DNA from: Balanoglossus misakiensis
Lineage: Eukaryota; Animalia; Hemichordata
Reading direction: 5' to 3'
Length of the DNA stretch: 64,000 bases
NCBI GenBank assembly: GCA_040954595.2
Contig: CM082582.2
Coordinates: 13,118,327 to 13,182,326 of the forward strand
Made by a program: the position numbers and the translations under genes. Numbering within the stretch: the stretch's first letter is position 1; every line of letters begins with the position of its first letter. Positions 27,201-42,200 of this stretch are shown here, piece after piece. The notes under the pieces were generated by a model that was given only the letters and a program-made list of their open reading frames with translations, ran no database searches and was not told the origin of the DNA.

Positions 27201-30200
27201 CAATGCAGAAGAAAGCAATGTTAAAGATTCGTCCAGCAACACAACATGTAGATTTGTAACTTTGAGATCCATTTAGAAAACTTACGTTGACTCTGACAAT
27301 CCAGTTCCATTCTGCCAATATTGTGGGAAATTTTCAAACTGATAGGTGTAAATGATGACAAGAATACACATGGAATAGAAGACAACAATCCACCAATAGG
27401 GCAGCATGATATACCTCCAAACTTTGTAGGAGATCTGAAATAACAAGTATAATTGCATCAGTTACATTACTTGATAGAAGGATTAAGAGTTTTACAAATT
27501 TGGCAACAGATACCAGCATGACATGCATGCATACACACAATATGTATCAAGTGTATAAAACCTGATGCACACTTGATCCATACTTCAAGTCTGCAAGACG
27601 GCAAATAATCAATAATCAATAACAACCCAGTACCATCACAAAACCCATACTTACCACCAGTATTATCATATAGAAGAGGAATAAAGCCATGTAAACAATT
27701 CTATACACAACAACATCTTCTTGTAAACTGACAATCAAAAACATTGCTCCACACAAGACAATCCAGTACTTGGACAAGAAATCTTGAATAGTCTTGCCCA
27801 ATTTCTTCATTGTTTCACTGTCTTCTCCATCATGGAAATCTCTTGGGGCTTCTAAATCTGGAGCTGTGATCACAGGAAGAAAATGTCCTGTCAGAATATA
27901 GTTGACTGAACAATACCAATAAGTTGCCAGCAGTCATGGAGAATGAAGGTGGCTATTTTCAAAATGTATGGCCCTTTACTTGATGTACATTTTTTGCTTG
28001 GGTTGTGAAACAATTTAGTGCAAATGCACATGTATAAATGTCTCTCTCAAGAAACTAAAAGCAACTATTTGCCTGTTTTGTCGGGAATTTCCAAAACAGT
28101 AAAAGACCAACACAGTGCCAATCAAAGTCGGGTATGTTGACTGTCACATGAGAATGATTCAAAGGTTGCGTCTTATCTCCAAGCATGGAAAAGTCAGCCT
28201 GACAAACGCCTATTAAGACTGGTCTGTCAAAGTGTAACAGCATTCACCAGTATCCTGTTTCTAGATGCCACTGCCACAATTCCAAGGCCACAATGTGTCC
28301 CAACCCGGCACCCAGTACGTACACACCCGAGTTAGATTTCCAGGCGTTGAATTACTTTTCAAGCTGATAGTGACTGACAGTTGCTGGTATAAATCAAACA
28401 AATTTGGGATAACAACTGTCAGAAAGGGATGATTTCTTCACGAATTATTGACAATAGAACACCCCTGGTTGCTGCCCATGACCTTGCCCTAGGAGATAAG
28501 GGTCTTGGCAGTGAATGTAGGTTACCTCTTTTTTCTGACCTGAGGTCACTACTTGCTATTTTGATGGAAACAATCTCATTTTGTGAGTGATGGAAACTAA
28601 ATATCGCAGGGTTACTGAGACACTTCAAATTTGACACAAACCTATTGGCTGCTCAGTTTCAAATATCAAACCAAAAGGTTGAAGTCCCATAGCTTCTGAC
28701 ACATGCTGCTTCTTCAGAAGTCGTTCTCTGGAATACTGACGTAGTGTTAGCCAAAATACACTGATGTATAAAATCTGCAACAAAATTAAAACATAAAGCT
28801 TGTATAAAAGTGATTCTGACCAAAGTCAATACGACATTGGTAATTATCAAGAAGTGCAAAAAAGTACATACATGTACTGATTATGATATACTATAAATAA
28901 AACATAAAATGAGACCTGAAATGAGTGAAAACACAAACAGACAAGTCTTCAGACCAGACAGACTGTGTATGCAGGTGGGCAAGACTCACCTTGACACCCA
29001 GATGTAAACACGGGTATTCATGCTTGACTAGACCAATATCACTGTAGTTGGTGGACCCTTCAGTAGGTAGCTCATCTTCGGTCAGATTCAAGCCATAGAC
29101 ATAACCAATGATGAGCAAACACTCGGCATAGAATACCAGGAATGGAGAACTGACCAGGCAGGCTGCCCGGGAATTAGGGATCATCCAGATGAAACATGCC
29201 CACAGCAGCATCACAAACGTCAACCAACTGTGATAGGTTATACTCCAGGCCTAACAAAATCAAATAAACATACCACAAATTAAGATACTGAAGTTATGCA
29301 AAACAGTCAAATATTTAAAATGAAACAAGCGTTCGGATTTCAATGTTTATTTTTGACAGAGCCATACGAAGAAACAGCTCACTTTTAAAAGCGTTAAACA
29401 AAGAATGCTGACAGTGAACTTTCCAGATGTCTATGAGTTTGTAATCAGTGTAGTAGGTCTTGTCTTAGAAAACTCACCATCATCACGATGAGAGAGACTG
29501 TATAACTCTGTTTCATGATGAAGAAGAGCACAGACATCAGTGGTTTTCTCATTGGGGTTCTATCAAGTGCCTCTTCTGCAGGATGCCCAGATGCTGGTGT
29601 GGCTGGTGTGCCTGGTGTTTCTGGACTTGTTGGATCAGAAGGAGTTTGCAGAAGAGAAGTGGACCCTGTTAGGGTCTCTTCCATGGGTGACTCTCCACGA
29701 CTGCCAGCTACTGGATCTAACGACTGATAAGAAGTCGCCTTCTGTCGACGACTTTCATCAACAAGGAGCTGAAACAAGAATAGAATCCGACTGAATTAAA
29801 GAGTTGAAAACATTTATACACAAATTGAGAAGTGGACAGCTCGTCATGTGTTTTTATCATCATTGATGTGTTGACATTGATTGAAGCAATACACAAGGAC
29901 TGTAATGAGAAAATGCATTGATGCGAAACAAGTCTAACAAGCTGAAACTCAATGAAATAATTCTTACTTTGCCCAAATACATCATCTCACTATAAATGTC
30001 ACTACAGAGACACTTCAAGCTTTATCCAAACCCATTTATTTTAATATCAATTCTACTCTAAAGTTAACCTTTAGGCTTTACCAAAAACTTTCATGAGCAT
30101 TCCAATAAAACAACTCTCAATCATATCAAAAGGGTCTGACATTTTCAAAAATTGGCTGGAAATAACTACTGTGACATGGTGGTGCAGGATTCTATGCAGC

Positions 30201-33200
30201 TTTTCAAGGGAAGCTTAAACATTATAGGCTAAGTACTGTTATTGTTGTGATGCAAACATTACTGGTGGCTGTAACAGGGTACAATGATAAGTGTATGCTC
30301 CAAGTTCCACATCATGGATGTTTCAAATGGAAAATATTTCAGCTTGATAAATTCATTTTAAAAGCAAGTGCTGGTAACAAAGGCATCAGGCAGAAGGCAA
30401 GGGCACCAATTAAGTATACACATGCAAGAGCACAGTACATTACAGAACTGTAGAGCACAGTACTACAGCAAGCAATACACTATAGAGCACAGCACAGCAC
30501 AGCACAGCACAGCAGCAGCTGACAACATCGCAAATAAAAGTCATTTGCTAGGACCTCTAAGTATGTGAAACAAGCAAATCCCGGTCTCTGAAGAACAAAG
30601 TGAACCTTTGATGTTAGTATAATGGTACCACCCTCACAGAACTCAAACTCAGCAGTCAAAGTACAGAAGGAGTGAATTCATCCTTGAAATAATTATGGAA
30701 AAGCCCAAATGAAACTTCACAGACATCAACATGAAAATAGTCCTTCTCCATATAACCTTACTAAAGATCAATTAGGTTTTCTCATGTTCAGTTAGTATGG
30801 CATTACATGAAATGATCTACTTGCAAATGTTAAATATCAAATGTTACTCACAGCACACCTTAATCATTATGATAAAACCTGTTATTAAACAAACTGATTA
30901 CAATGTTCATGCATTGGAATTTAAGTACATTAGTCCATATCGGTTTTAAATGTTTGCAAAATTTAGATGGTAATTTAACTTGCATGAAGAAGAAATATTT
31001 TCTGGTTGACAGAACCAACCCAACACCAACCTTGAGTTTTGGGTTCTGCTACAGGTGATTTAAAAAAAAGAATGTGTGAGTCAGAGAAGAGAAAACATAA
31101 AATAGCAGTGTCAGTATTTACAACGCTGAAATATGACAAAGAATCTCTCATCTATAATTGCATCAAATGCTTGAATTAGATCTGTGACCGTTTTGTTGAT
31201 AATCTATTGAATTGTGTTACTGTACACAGAATGAGTCACATCACATGAAAATGAATGAGATATTTTGTCACTGAACAAGAAAATGTGATGGTAATATGAG
31301 TGAATGATACATTTTTACTCTTCAAAGCCAGGTGAGTTGTGAATAAAACAAATGTGAAAACACAACACGCAACCAACACAACACGAGAGTGGTGCCATCA
31401 AACAATTCCTAGGTGTTGTCCATAAATGATAAAAACATGAACTAAAATATGAGTACTGAATGAGAATTAGTATAAGAATGAGATTGGAACATGACTTCAT
31501 GCCAATTGTTCTTTGTAAATCAACACAACACCAGCGCTATGTGTTTTGAGGGGAAAAAACATGCTTAAATTTGAAAGAAATCTGAACATCTTGAGACAGA
31601 TGTTTGAGTTCATCTTTCATGAACTTTTTCTTCTTACCATGCTCCTTCTCTTGTATCTCTTACCCACACAGATTATAGTCTGTGATAATACCTGCATACA
31701 GCACATCACTTTCCAAAGCTTAATCAAGGACTACCTCTCAACCCTTCCAATCATTCACTTTCTTTGAAACACAGCCAAGCTCTCACAGCCCATACCAAAC
31801 TCTCATTTTACAACTGGCAAACTGGCAAACAAAGTTTTCAGTCCTTTGAGTGGCACTCCTGACTTGTAACATTTGTGAATGTACACACTCAGATACACAC
31901 ATGTCAAAAATGGACCCAACCTTTGTGCCCTGTGCTTTCAAATAACTTTGTGTTTTCAATGAGGCAGATCCCTTTTATCAGATGTGCAGTGAGAAAAGGG
32001 CGACCATTTGGATCAAGATGTCAATCTTTATTGACAAGAACAGTTTTTAATACCACATAAAAACTGAGCTTAGTGAGTGACAGCATGTATTGAGCTACAT
32101 TGAAGTTCATCATAAGCAGGATTAAGTAGCAAATAAAAATATTTGTTTGATTCACGGAAAAAATAATGTAGAATCTAGCTGACAGAGTTGATGTGGCAAC
32201 TTTGGTGTCTGTTTCTGACGTACCTCCCTTTCTCCTGAACTGTATCTACGTCTCTTCTTGGGACGTGTGTGGGTTACTTCTAGCAATTGCTACAGCAACA
32301 GAGAATTAAATCATAAGATTCTATCTGGTGAGATCATTTACAGTGAGATCCAAGAACATGTACAAACCAATATTGAAAAAAAATATTTGTTAGTTTGACA
32401 ATGTATGATTGATGGTGTGAAAAACATTTGTTAGTTTGACAATACAAAGTTAGCGATTCATATGCTGGTATTTTAATTTTACTGTCTTGTGTATAGTCCA
32501 CAGATTATTATTGGTGGTTCAACAGACGTGTATTGGTACTCTCGAAATGACTCATTTTATCTAAATAAGCACACTCTTGGATCTCACTGCAACAAGACTT
32601 GAAAGATGAAACATGTCATACAATTATTCTTCAGAAGATGACATACAATAAACCATGCTGTGAGGAATGATGTTTTACTGAGAAAACTTACAGAGATAAT
32701 ATCCTGCCACCATGGGTGCATGAAAATGATTATGAGGAGAAAATGCCATGAGGATGCATTCATGAGAGTGTTATCATGTACATATTACCGATAATTATGT
32801 GTTACATGTAGTGTACAAGTATTCTGCCATGCAAAGAACACCCTAATCTTTCAGACTTAGCAGAAACCCAACCTTCTTTCCAATTCACCATATAGGCTGT
32901 GTTTCTCGCATTACAGAGATCATCATGGGTGGGATCATATTAATTAGGTTACATGCATGGGTTAATATACATGCATTACAAGTATTAGTACTGGTAATAT
33001 GAACAAAGTTGCAATATTCATAATCATAACACATACAATTGTTACAGTGCATGGGAACATTATCAATCTTTCAATAAGAACTCAAAAGTCACTTAAAAAA
33101 GTTCTCAATTCATGAACAGGCCACAAAACACAACAGACAACCAATCTACAACAGCGACAACCGTGACACATCTGTCATGTACAAGTCCAATGTCGATGTC

Positions 33201-36200
33201 ACTTTACACATCAAATATATTCCCACTATATCACAATACAACAGACAAATCACTAGGATACCCACATAGAACACACATCAGGCATACGTCACAAATTGCT
33301 ATGTTACATCTAAATCACATCTTTCATGTATGACCACACAACAAACCATTACAGTCCAATTTAAAGCTTTCCTAGCTTTTAAGTACAATGGGCACCAACA
33401 TATACAAAAGTCACACAAAACTACAGTAAGAGACATATGTGATGAAACTCTATGCAAACTCACAGGGTTCTGTATCCACTGGCAGGTGAGTAATGCTAAA
33501 TACCAGTAATAGATGATTAGAATCACTGGGTTGACATAGACAGGCCAGGGCTGCACTGTGTTCAGCTTGAGTTCGTATGGTGCATCACAGTCATAGATAA
33601 TGATGTCTGTTAAACCAAATAACCTGTAAAATGAAGAATAAATTTGGTATAAATGTAAGCAGGACCCAAAACATCCTAAGAGAGGTCACACATAACTTAA
33701 TCAATTGTTACTAAGCTTAACTCATCTTACTGTTTTGCAAACAAGTAATGAAGATACCCATCATCTGCAGGTGAGATTTGAGAAATCAAGGATTTATGAC
33801 ATCATGCACTTACCTGGCGTATAAACTTGAGGGATCAAGAGCTGTCTGGAAAAACTGGAACTGGTAGAGATATAGGGCAACAAGGTGAGCTCCAGAGTAT
33901 GTCAGCATTACTATACGGACGTAGACCAGCTTACGTCCCCAATTTTTGTAGCAACACCACCATGTGACCACAACAAGAAATGTCACAAAGTAGACCGATG
34001 ATGTCACTGATGGCAGAATTATACCAGCTAATGCCATCAGCAAACACGTTGTGAATGACCACACTAGGTCCACAACAATCATTCGCTGTTTAGTCCTCCT
34101 ATGTACAACTGTATGACTAGCAGTTCTGGACTCCTCATTTTTGGTGAGTTTGTAGCAAACAGCGTAAACTATAATGGAAACTATGAACATCAAGCAATCA
34201 GGTGCCACAGCTCGGATGGCATCCAGAACAGGGATGTCCAGACGCTGAAGTCCGATTTGGCGTAAAGCTTTCTCTACAGTTGAACCTACAAGGGGAAAAA
34301 AAACAATTTGAAAGTTATCATCTTCCATTTTCCAGAACTTTAATTAAAGGAAATTCCTGGGGTGACTGAAATTTGAGGACACAAAACTACTTTCCGGGAG
34401 TGGTTCAGAATTATGTGAGTTTCAAAGGGCTTTTCCCGGATATATGAAACCTGACCATGGAACAATGCACAAACAAAGGTTGATGCCCTGACAATTAATT
34501 GTTCAAAAGAAAAGTCATAATCTCATATTACAATTTTATCAATGAATTTTTAGAAAGAGGTCCACCATATTCAAGACAGCCAGTCCCTGAAACCTATGAA
34601 TGTTTAGGGCTATGATTTACTGTTGCTATAGCCTAAACAATACAAGTTTACGCATTACCATACACTATGATATATTGAAGTGGAAATTAACACCATGAAA
34701 AGTTCAGTATGAAAGTTTATTCAATCCTTGGCACATAGGGTTAATGTTTTTGTCAAATAGTACTGGACTAGCTTGTTTATTCATGTGTTTTAGACAACTG
34801 CATGAATCATATGTATTTCTCTAAATATTTATATGACAACAAAATGACTGAAAACTGCATTGTGAGTTTTCCTTTTTACAAAGTGCAGTTTGAATTTCCC
34901 CTGTAAGTGTAAATTTGGACAAGTTTTACTGTGTTCCAAACTGCTAATTGTGTTTGACAGCACGCTTCAGACTGATTTGTGAAGTCAGTAAATCTTGTCA
35001 ATTTAAATTTAACATTGAAGCAATCATTCGGTAAACACAGAAGCTTTTTCTTACAGGAAATTTGACCATGAAAACTGACACTTCATATGCTTGTTTTGAA
35101 CAGCATCCACTGACATAGCATATTTACTTTGAGCACATTCAAATGGGCACCTTGGAAGTATGGTCCCTGCCAGATATACTTACAATATTCCAACCAATGG
35201 CCATATGGTTGTAATGCAAGTAGTACAATTTGAAAGACAAGCTGTGCTCCTACAATGATGCTGGTCATAATAAGAATGGTTTTCAAAAAACGACCTGTGT
35301 GTCCTGAAAGAGAAAAAGAAGAACTATTATTGTTATGTCAATTTTGTTTCTCTAATCTGAGAGTTTGTGCTAGAGCCTAATATTACAGGTAAGACAATAT
35401 ATAGCTTAAGTGTCCTTGAGCAAGGTTAGGGTGAACATATATTTAAGGCTGTCATATTTTGCATGAGTAATATTATCCGATTTATTTTAGAACAACTGCT
35501 GAGAGACGTCTGATAGTCAGCTCAAGCCAAGAAAAGAGAATTGTTTTAGTAATACAATCTCACTGCATGCAACCTATTTTCACTTGCTACACCAGCATGG
35601 AACGACATATGGTCAAGACAGAAATTAGGCCTTAGTTTATACATGTACATGTATGTGGGAGTATGTTGTAGAACTGGTTTATACGGTGGATAAACAGGTG
35701 AAAGCATTGAGAAATGTCCCACGCAAAACATCAAGTTTGAACTGTCACTATCAACAAAGCCCTACATTCAGCAATCATTCTACCATTTGCAAAGAAAATG
35801 AACTCCCATATACAGTATTTGATCTTGTAGTGATTGACTGCCTTTCATGCTGGGCATTTCTGTTTTGATTTCACTCAGAGTTCAGTTTACACAGAATATT
35901 GAGCATTCTCCCACATGTAACACCACGAGTATAAAAATATTAAAACATATCAAATTGCAATGTTCATCATCAACTAGTCCAAAAAACTTCTCTCTGTGAA
36001 ATGAGAGTAACAATGATTATAACTTCCAGATGCTTGTAGCTATATTACTGATAATATGATGAACATGTATCTTTCGAACGGTGTGTAGCCTAGGTCAATA
36101 ATAGCAGACATGAAGGACTTTTCCTACAAATGTAAACACAAGACGGTTCATTTCAAATGATATCAACAGATTGTAGGCCATTTACCCTGAAATGTTATCA

Positions 36201-39200
36201 TGGAACACTTTTATCTCATATGTCACTATACATTCAAGTAACACAGTTTCTCCTTAGGGTGTATATTTGTTATTTCCAACAGTTCCCGTGTCTGGTACAT
36301 GTTCTCAATTACTGGTCAATGACATCATTCGTTTCAGGTACACTGCGATGGAATGTCTGTTAAGTTGAACTCTTTAAAGTGAAAGCTACCACTTTATCAG
36401 ATTATTTTCACAGCCATCAGCTGTTGCAAGTCATTGTAGATTTTATGTCTCATCAAATTTAGTTGTTCATCAATATGCATCTCAGGTTTATTTAACATCT
36501 CCTCATGAGCTGCAAGAGAAAACTGTCTTCTTGAGTCAGATTGTGGTAGAGAAAAAGTCTTACCTTTCATGGACTCCTTTGATGGACTTGGTAACAATGG
36601 TAACACCAGGAAAAACGTAAAATACAGAAATGAGAACAAGTTGTATCGAAATATACATGCTGCAATAAAACAAAAAGAAATCAATGTTAAATTGTGGTGA
36701 TGACTCTCTTGAAAAAAAGCTTTATTTTTTGAACGAGAGCAAACCTAACCCTAACTCCACAGTCAGCTAAGTTTTCCCTTTTGCACGTAATGGTACAATG
36801 GGCTGTGACTGACTATAAACTATACAAACTTTTACACTTGTTCGTTGAGGTCACACTGCACTGCACTTACAGGCTACACAAAACCACAGTTCATAACACA
36901 ACAACATCTTATGCTTGAATTATGTCTTCTCAGTCAGCGTAATAAAACCGAGAGCATCTCCTAAAACACTCTACATGAAGGATGAAGCTTTACATACATG
37001 TACAAGTAGTTAAAGCAAAGTTTACATTTCACTGGAGACACTGCAGCTGGCCATTCATCAGCACTGTTTAACTGCTACCCCACTTTACTACAACATCTGT
37101 GACAAGATTTCATCGAAGCCATCACTAACATTTGTCTCAATACGCCACTTATCTTCATCTAAAAAGTTATTGCTAAGGTGATCAGCTCAATTTGAACTTC
37201 CAAAGTGATTGACTATTTAGGAGAAAATATTCCATTGGTTTATACTTATGATCAGCCAAGTACCTGAAAACAATGACCAATGTAAATCAGGGTACACAGT
37301 AACATAAATCACACAAAGTATATGTGGGACCACCAACACAACTAAACCTGAATGAAATTATAAAGTTTTTTAAGCTACATCTTGAGCCATGCTTCTCAAA
37401 TTATCAGTGAATTATCATCAGTATTATGTTTCCAACTTATGGTTTTGTAACGACTACTATGTTTGTAGGAAAGTCCGTAGGAAAGTCTGGATACTTTCCT
37501 TTGCAATTTGCGTGGGTAGATTCAAAACATATGTATCGGAATGTGATAACTAGGAGTTTCTGTGAAAATTGAGAAGTTAAACTCGCCTCTAAACTGACAA
37601 GTCATTCTCTGACCTGTTTTGATGTCAAGGACGCACTAAATATTTTCTCGAAGTCAGTAAGCTACCCAAACAATATTGATGTGTGATTTGAAAAGTGTCA
37701 AAAATTACCTCTTTTGTGCCAAAGTTTGATACTTGAGGAAAGCCAAGTAGTAATCGTACTTGTACTTTGTGTTGAGATTCAGTGGTTGGCAGGTCATGAC
37801 TGTTATTTGAACCAGTCATCATTTTAAGCATTAAAACCGAAGTATATGTTGAATTTACAAGATTTAATTATCTGATCTGTCTACGAGTTAGACCTGAGGA
37901 AGGTTACATTAAAACATGAAGGGCAACCACTTGGGGGCAACTACTTCAGTGTGTTTTGAAACTCAAACAAGAATTCTTCCGTTCAACTTCAAGCAAAAAT
38001 ACAACTGTAACACTATAGATGCAGAGCATTTCCTACGGACATCGCAGTCAGTAAAATAAGAAGCAAATTCAATATTTTTCAAAACCACACATTTCTGAAA
38101 CAGGATCTGATTCACTCCAAAACAGAAAACACTCTAGTAGTCAATGCGTCACACTTTAATTTGTAGTAGATCGATGCCGTTCTTGTGGTAGTACAGAAAA
38201 GCAGTGGCCATACAGTTAGCAGAAACGTCAGATGTTTAATCTTTGATGTCAAAATTGATGAAATCCACATCTGATTCTGAGTATCAAGTTTAGATATATC
38301 AAATGTTGTCTGCCACTGATGTCTGACTTAGTTTTCACATTTCACATTTCCCACAATTAACCACCACCCCACCACTACAATCATCATCCTCCAATACTTC
38401 TTCTGTTCTATTACAGGGTCAATCCATTACAGACAACATTAGGGGGCAAAGCATTGAATCCTTGCTTAGGTCACCAATAACACACTTCTTGATAAAATAA
38501 ATGGAATGACAGACAAGCCAGTCTCTTTCAATCAGTCTCAACTTTCAGTCATGACAAGATAACAAGCAATTTGAATGACTGTACACTTTTACATGAATGT
38601 AAACTGTTGTAAAGTAGGATAGGCTACATAATTTATCATTGTAAAAGCCACTCAGACTTGACATAATGCTACACTAAATGGGAAGAAATGTGCATTCCAT
38701 AGATTCCACTTTGTCCAGTAAATATTCATAATATCACATAGTTTTCAAGTTCAATTTTCTATTGTTGGAAACATTGCTTGCTCCTATACAGCAAACTTGA
38801 ATGAAATTAGTTCAGACATGTTCGGAAGATTTTGATACATATGCGAAAAACATGGCTGGAATCCAATATCCCTGTTTTAGACGTCATCCAGTCGAAACGG
38901 AAAAGAGCTGGGGGGAGGAGAGAAGTTTGATGAAACCCTTCATTTGTAAACAAGTCCCATTTATGACAGGAATTAAACAAACTTATCACCTTGTACCAGT
39001 GATCACATTTCTTCATGTGTAATTCTGTTCAAGCATGATTACCACAATCCATATGTGGACTTTATGGATGGAGATTGAAAAACACAACATGTTGTGCAAT
39101 TGATTAAAATTCCATTGCATGAAAACGTGTACAAGAAACATCTGAACTTTCATCTCCTACTCTTCAGATACAACAGTCACTGCAGCTGCAGGCCAATAAA

Positions 39201-42200
39201 AAAGCAACAAATATTTATACTTTGGGCCATTTCTGGAGATCATTACCTGTTTTACAAATAAAATTTGACGTGTTATACTCATGCATAAATTGTATGAGCA
39301 AAGTGACAGTCCACATGGGCGTCACAGATGTGAGATGTAGTATCATAATATCCGCCAAGTTGAACACTTATTTACCAATCAATGGCATGTTTTGTGCTGC
39401 CGTCATGGCAATACAACTTTTGTTAGTGAACTACTAAAACAAATCTGATGATCTCTGAACTTTCTGCACATATCCTGCTACAATTGACCCAAATAGTACT
39501 GTGTTGCCATTGGTACATCATCATGGATGTTGTAAATGCATTTAGGCTGATCAATTTTCTTATTTCATCTTCCCACTGATTTCCCCTTACAAGGAAATGT
39601 AATCTCTCCAAAGAGTTGTCTATTTAAACTCAAAGAGTTTTCTGAAGCACTCTGACTTGTCACGTCAATGATCTGGAATTTCAGCCAATTTGCAGAGCAA
39701 CGAATTGTCATGTGTGCTTTTAAAATATAGCTAGACAACTGTGAGCAGGTCTCCCAGGGAATATTGGTTCTAATATTGGGAATAGATCAAGGCAGTCTAG
39801 TATCTTGATGCAGATTTCTCCAATCAGGAGAAACCTAATGTTTAGGTAGCAGACTAAAATCAGGGGCGAGTTCACTGTATTACTTGATCCTTTCCAGTAG
39901 ACAAACACATGTTTCAATGTGTTTTATAGCTGGGGCTGTTTGACTTACAACTCCATCGACCAACTCCCTTGCAACCCTGCCCTGTGTTTTATCACATCAT
40001 TCAGGAAGTTAAACAGCAAAGCACAGGAAAGAATCAGTCTCTAGTACATATGGCTGTCTAAATCACTGGAATGATGTTGGCCAGCCATTTGTGAAGTCAG
40101 ACAAGAAACCTTAACATAGTAGGGGTCTCACTTTTCAAGGGCTGGCTGATTTTGTACAACACAGTGTATAATTGAAAATGTGTGTGTGTCCTGATGATAA
40201 AATGCCACAAACAATTACCGAAACAAGCGTATCACAATCTTTCAATTCTCATATGTCTAACACACTCTATGTCTTTTGCAATCATATGGGAATTATCAAA
40301 TTGAATTTTTGTCTCTTAAAAGCTGCAATTAAGAGATTATGTTTATCAGTGTTTGGTATACATACATGTGATGTAAATATGATGTGGAATGATGGAGAAT
40401 ACAATTACTAGTAAAGCATATGGTGGGAACCTGTACACTTTGAGACACATTGAAGTAAATGTCTTTGGTGATAAGACGTTTTATTATATTAACCCAAATC
40501 TTGACGACATTACAACTACCCAGTAGCTTGTACTTTAAAGTCTCAGATTTCCCTCCCTCTTTTCGCTTCACATCAATTTATTGCTGGAAATGATCGAAGA
40601 GTTGAGAATGCCATAAAAAGGAATTTGACTTTAATACATGAAATTGGCCTGCTTGCTATAAAGTGAAATAAATTCAAGGGAGGATATCCAAGGGAAAAGT
40701 AAAGCATCAACTGAACAAACCATCATCATTACCAACAAAACTGCAGCATAAACGAGATTAGAAAGAGCCAACTGATATGAACCAGTACTGAAAGTGATTG
40801 TTGCCAACTTCAAACATGTGATCAGTTACGGCAATTACATTCAGACACTGAGACACTAGTCTTTTGAGTCAAAATAAAGATACAAACCTTGGAAAATTGT
40901 GAATGGGTAGAGGACCCAGAAAAGTCCCGGAATGATATACTTGCGGAAATTTGGTGGCTTGATATGCACTCGTTTTTTCTCCAGCTTGTGCCGAGTATCC
41001 TTAATGTTCTGCTGAAGTTGCGTCTTGTACTGAGGCACCTTCTTTGGTATCACATTCCCAGCTTTTCGCAGAAAAGCAACAACTTTTGTGTCAAAATCTT
41101 TGATCTTTTCAGATGCTCCTTCTTCAAACACAAAGCCCTTGTAGTTGTACTTGGCCACGCCAGACATCCTTGGAAAGATTAACTAACAAGCTTCACAGAA
41201 AACACATCACAACAATATGTACATCCTGAGTTACATCAAGTGTGAGATTTGCCACTTACAGGGTGTGATGCAGAATAAACTTTTACCGCCAAACTGAGCA
41301 TGCGCACTGGAGTTACACGAAACCTGGGTGTGTATGGTGGGCCGGGATATAATCGGGTGATTAATAGAAATGAGATTAGAGTGGGCACACAGAAATGAAA
41401 ACCACATGGCCTCTAGGGACCAACTTTCAGGTCATATCATCAAGACTACAACACTACCACCAGGTGGCAATTATTTCATTGAGCGCTTGTCACATTCCCC
41501 TCCCCACAAATGGGAGGAGCCCTGGCCCTGACTGAAGACTAGTATCTGCCCACACACACGACACAGGGCCAAGAAACCCAAACATGGTACACACTTATAA
41601 ACATCTGAACCAGTGTAAAGTGTCAAGGCAGGATGTGTATGCAGGTACATAAATCAGAAACTGGTCAACTACTACTACGACGGAGACAGGATATTTAATT
41701 TCTCATCTACAGCTACTACTAGTATCCAGAGGCGGAACTATTAAGACTGGAACACTACCAAGATTTTTCCTGTGGCACGTAGCAGGGATGAACTGAGTAT
41801 CATCATACTTACTTAAGTTTGCAACTTGCATTTACTGGGAGCTTAAGATACTTTCCTGTGAAACGCTTCTTATTTTGTTTCTCATGATACTGTTTTTTTA
41901 GTTCACACTATTTCACTTCTCCCGAAATTACTTGCGGCCACATATTGCAAAAATTTTTACATGTGCATGTAAGTATAACTTTCTCTTTTATCCCTTTAAT
42001 GATTCTCTGACTGATGAGTGACTTAGAGATAAATAATATTTGACCTTAAGAATTGGCTTAATTCTGACTCATCTGAAACATGTCAGGTAATCAGTTTTCT
42101 TATCAAGTTTTTTTGCAAGTCAGCCTCTTCTGTCTGAATTTCTCTCAGCCTGTTAGCAATCATGCATCTGTTGACCATAAATCTGATGTATGACTTGACA

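Noticed and set aside
28245-28600. GC-richer intronic stretch as extra Piezo exon(s)
   Set aside because: The acceptor/donor combinations I tried hit in-frame stops or lack a polypyrimidine tract.
884-30568. Numerous short plus-strand ORFs overlapping VKR and Piezo
   Set aside because: These are antisense shadows of real exons or low-complexity sequence, with no coherent splice structure or homology.
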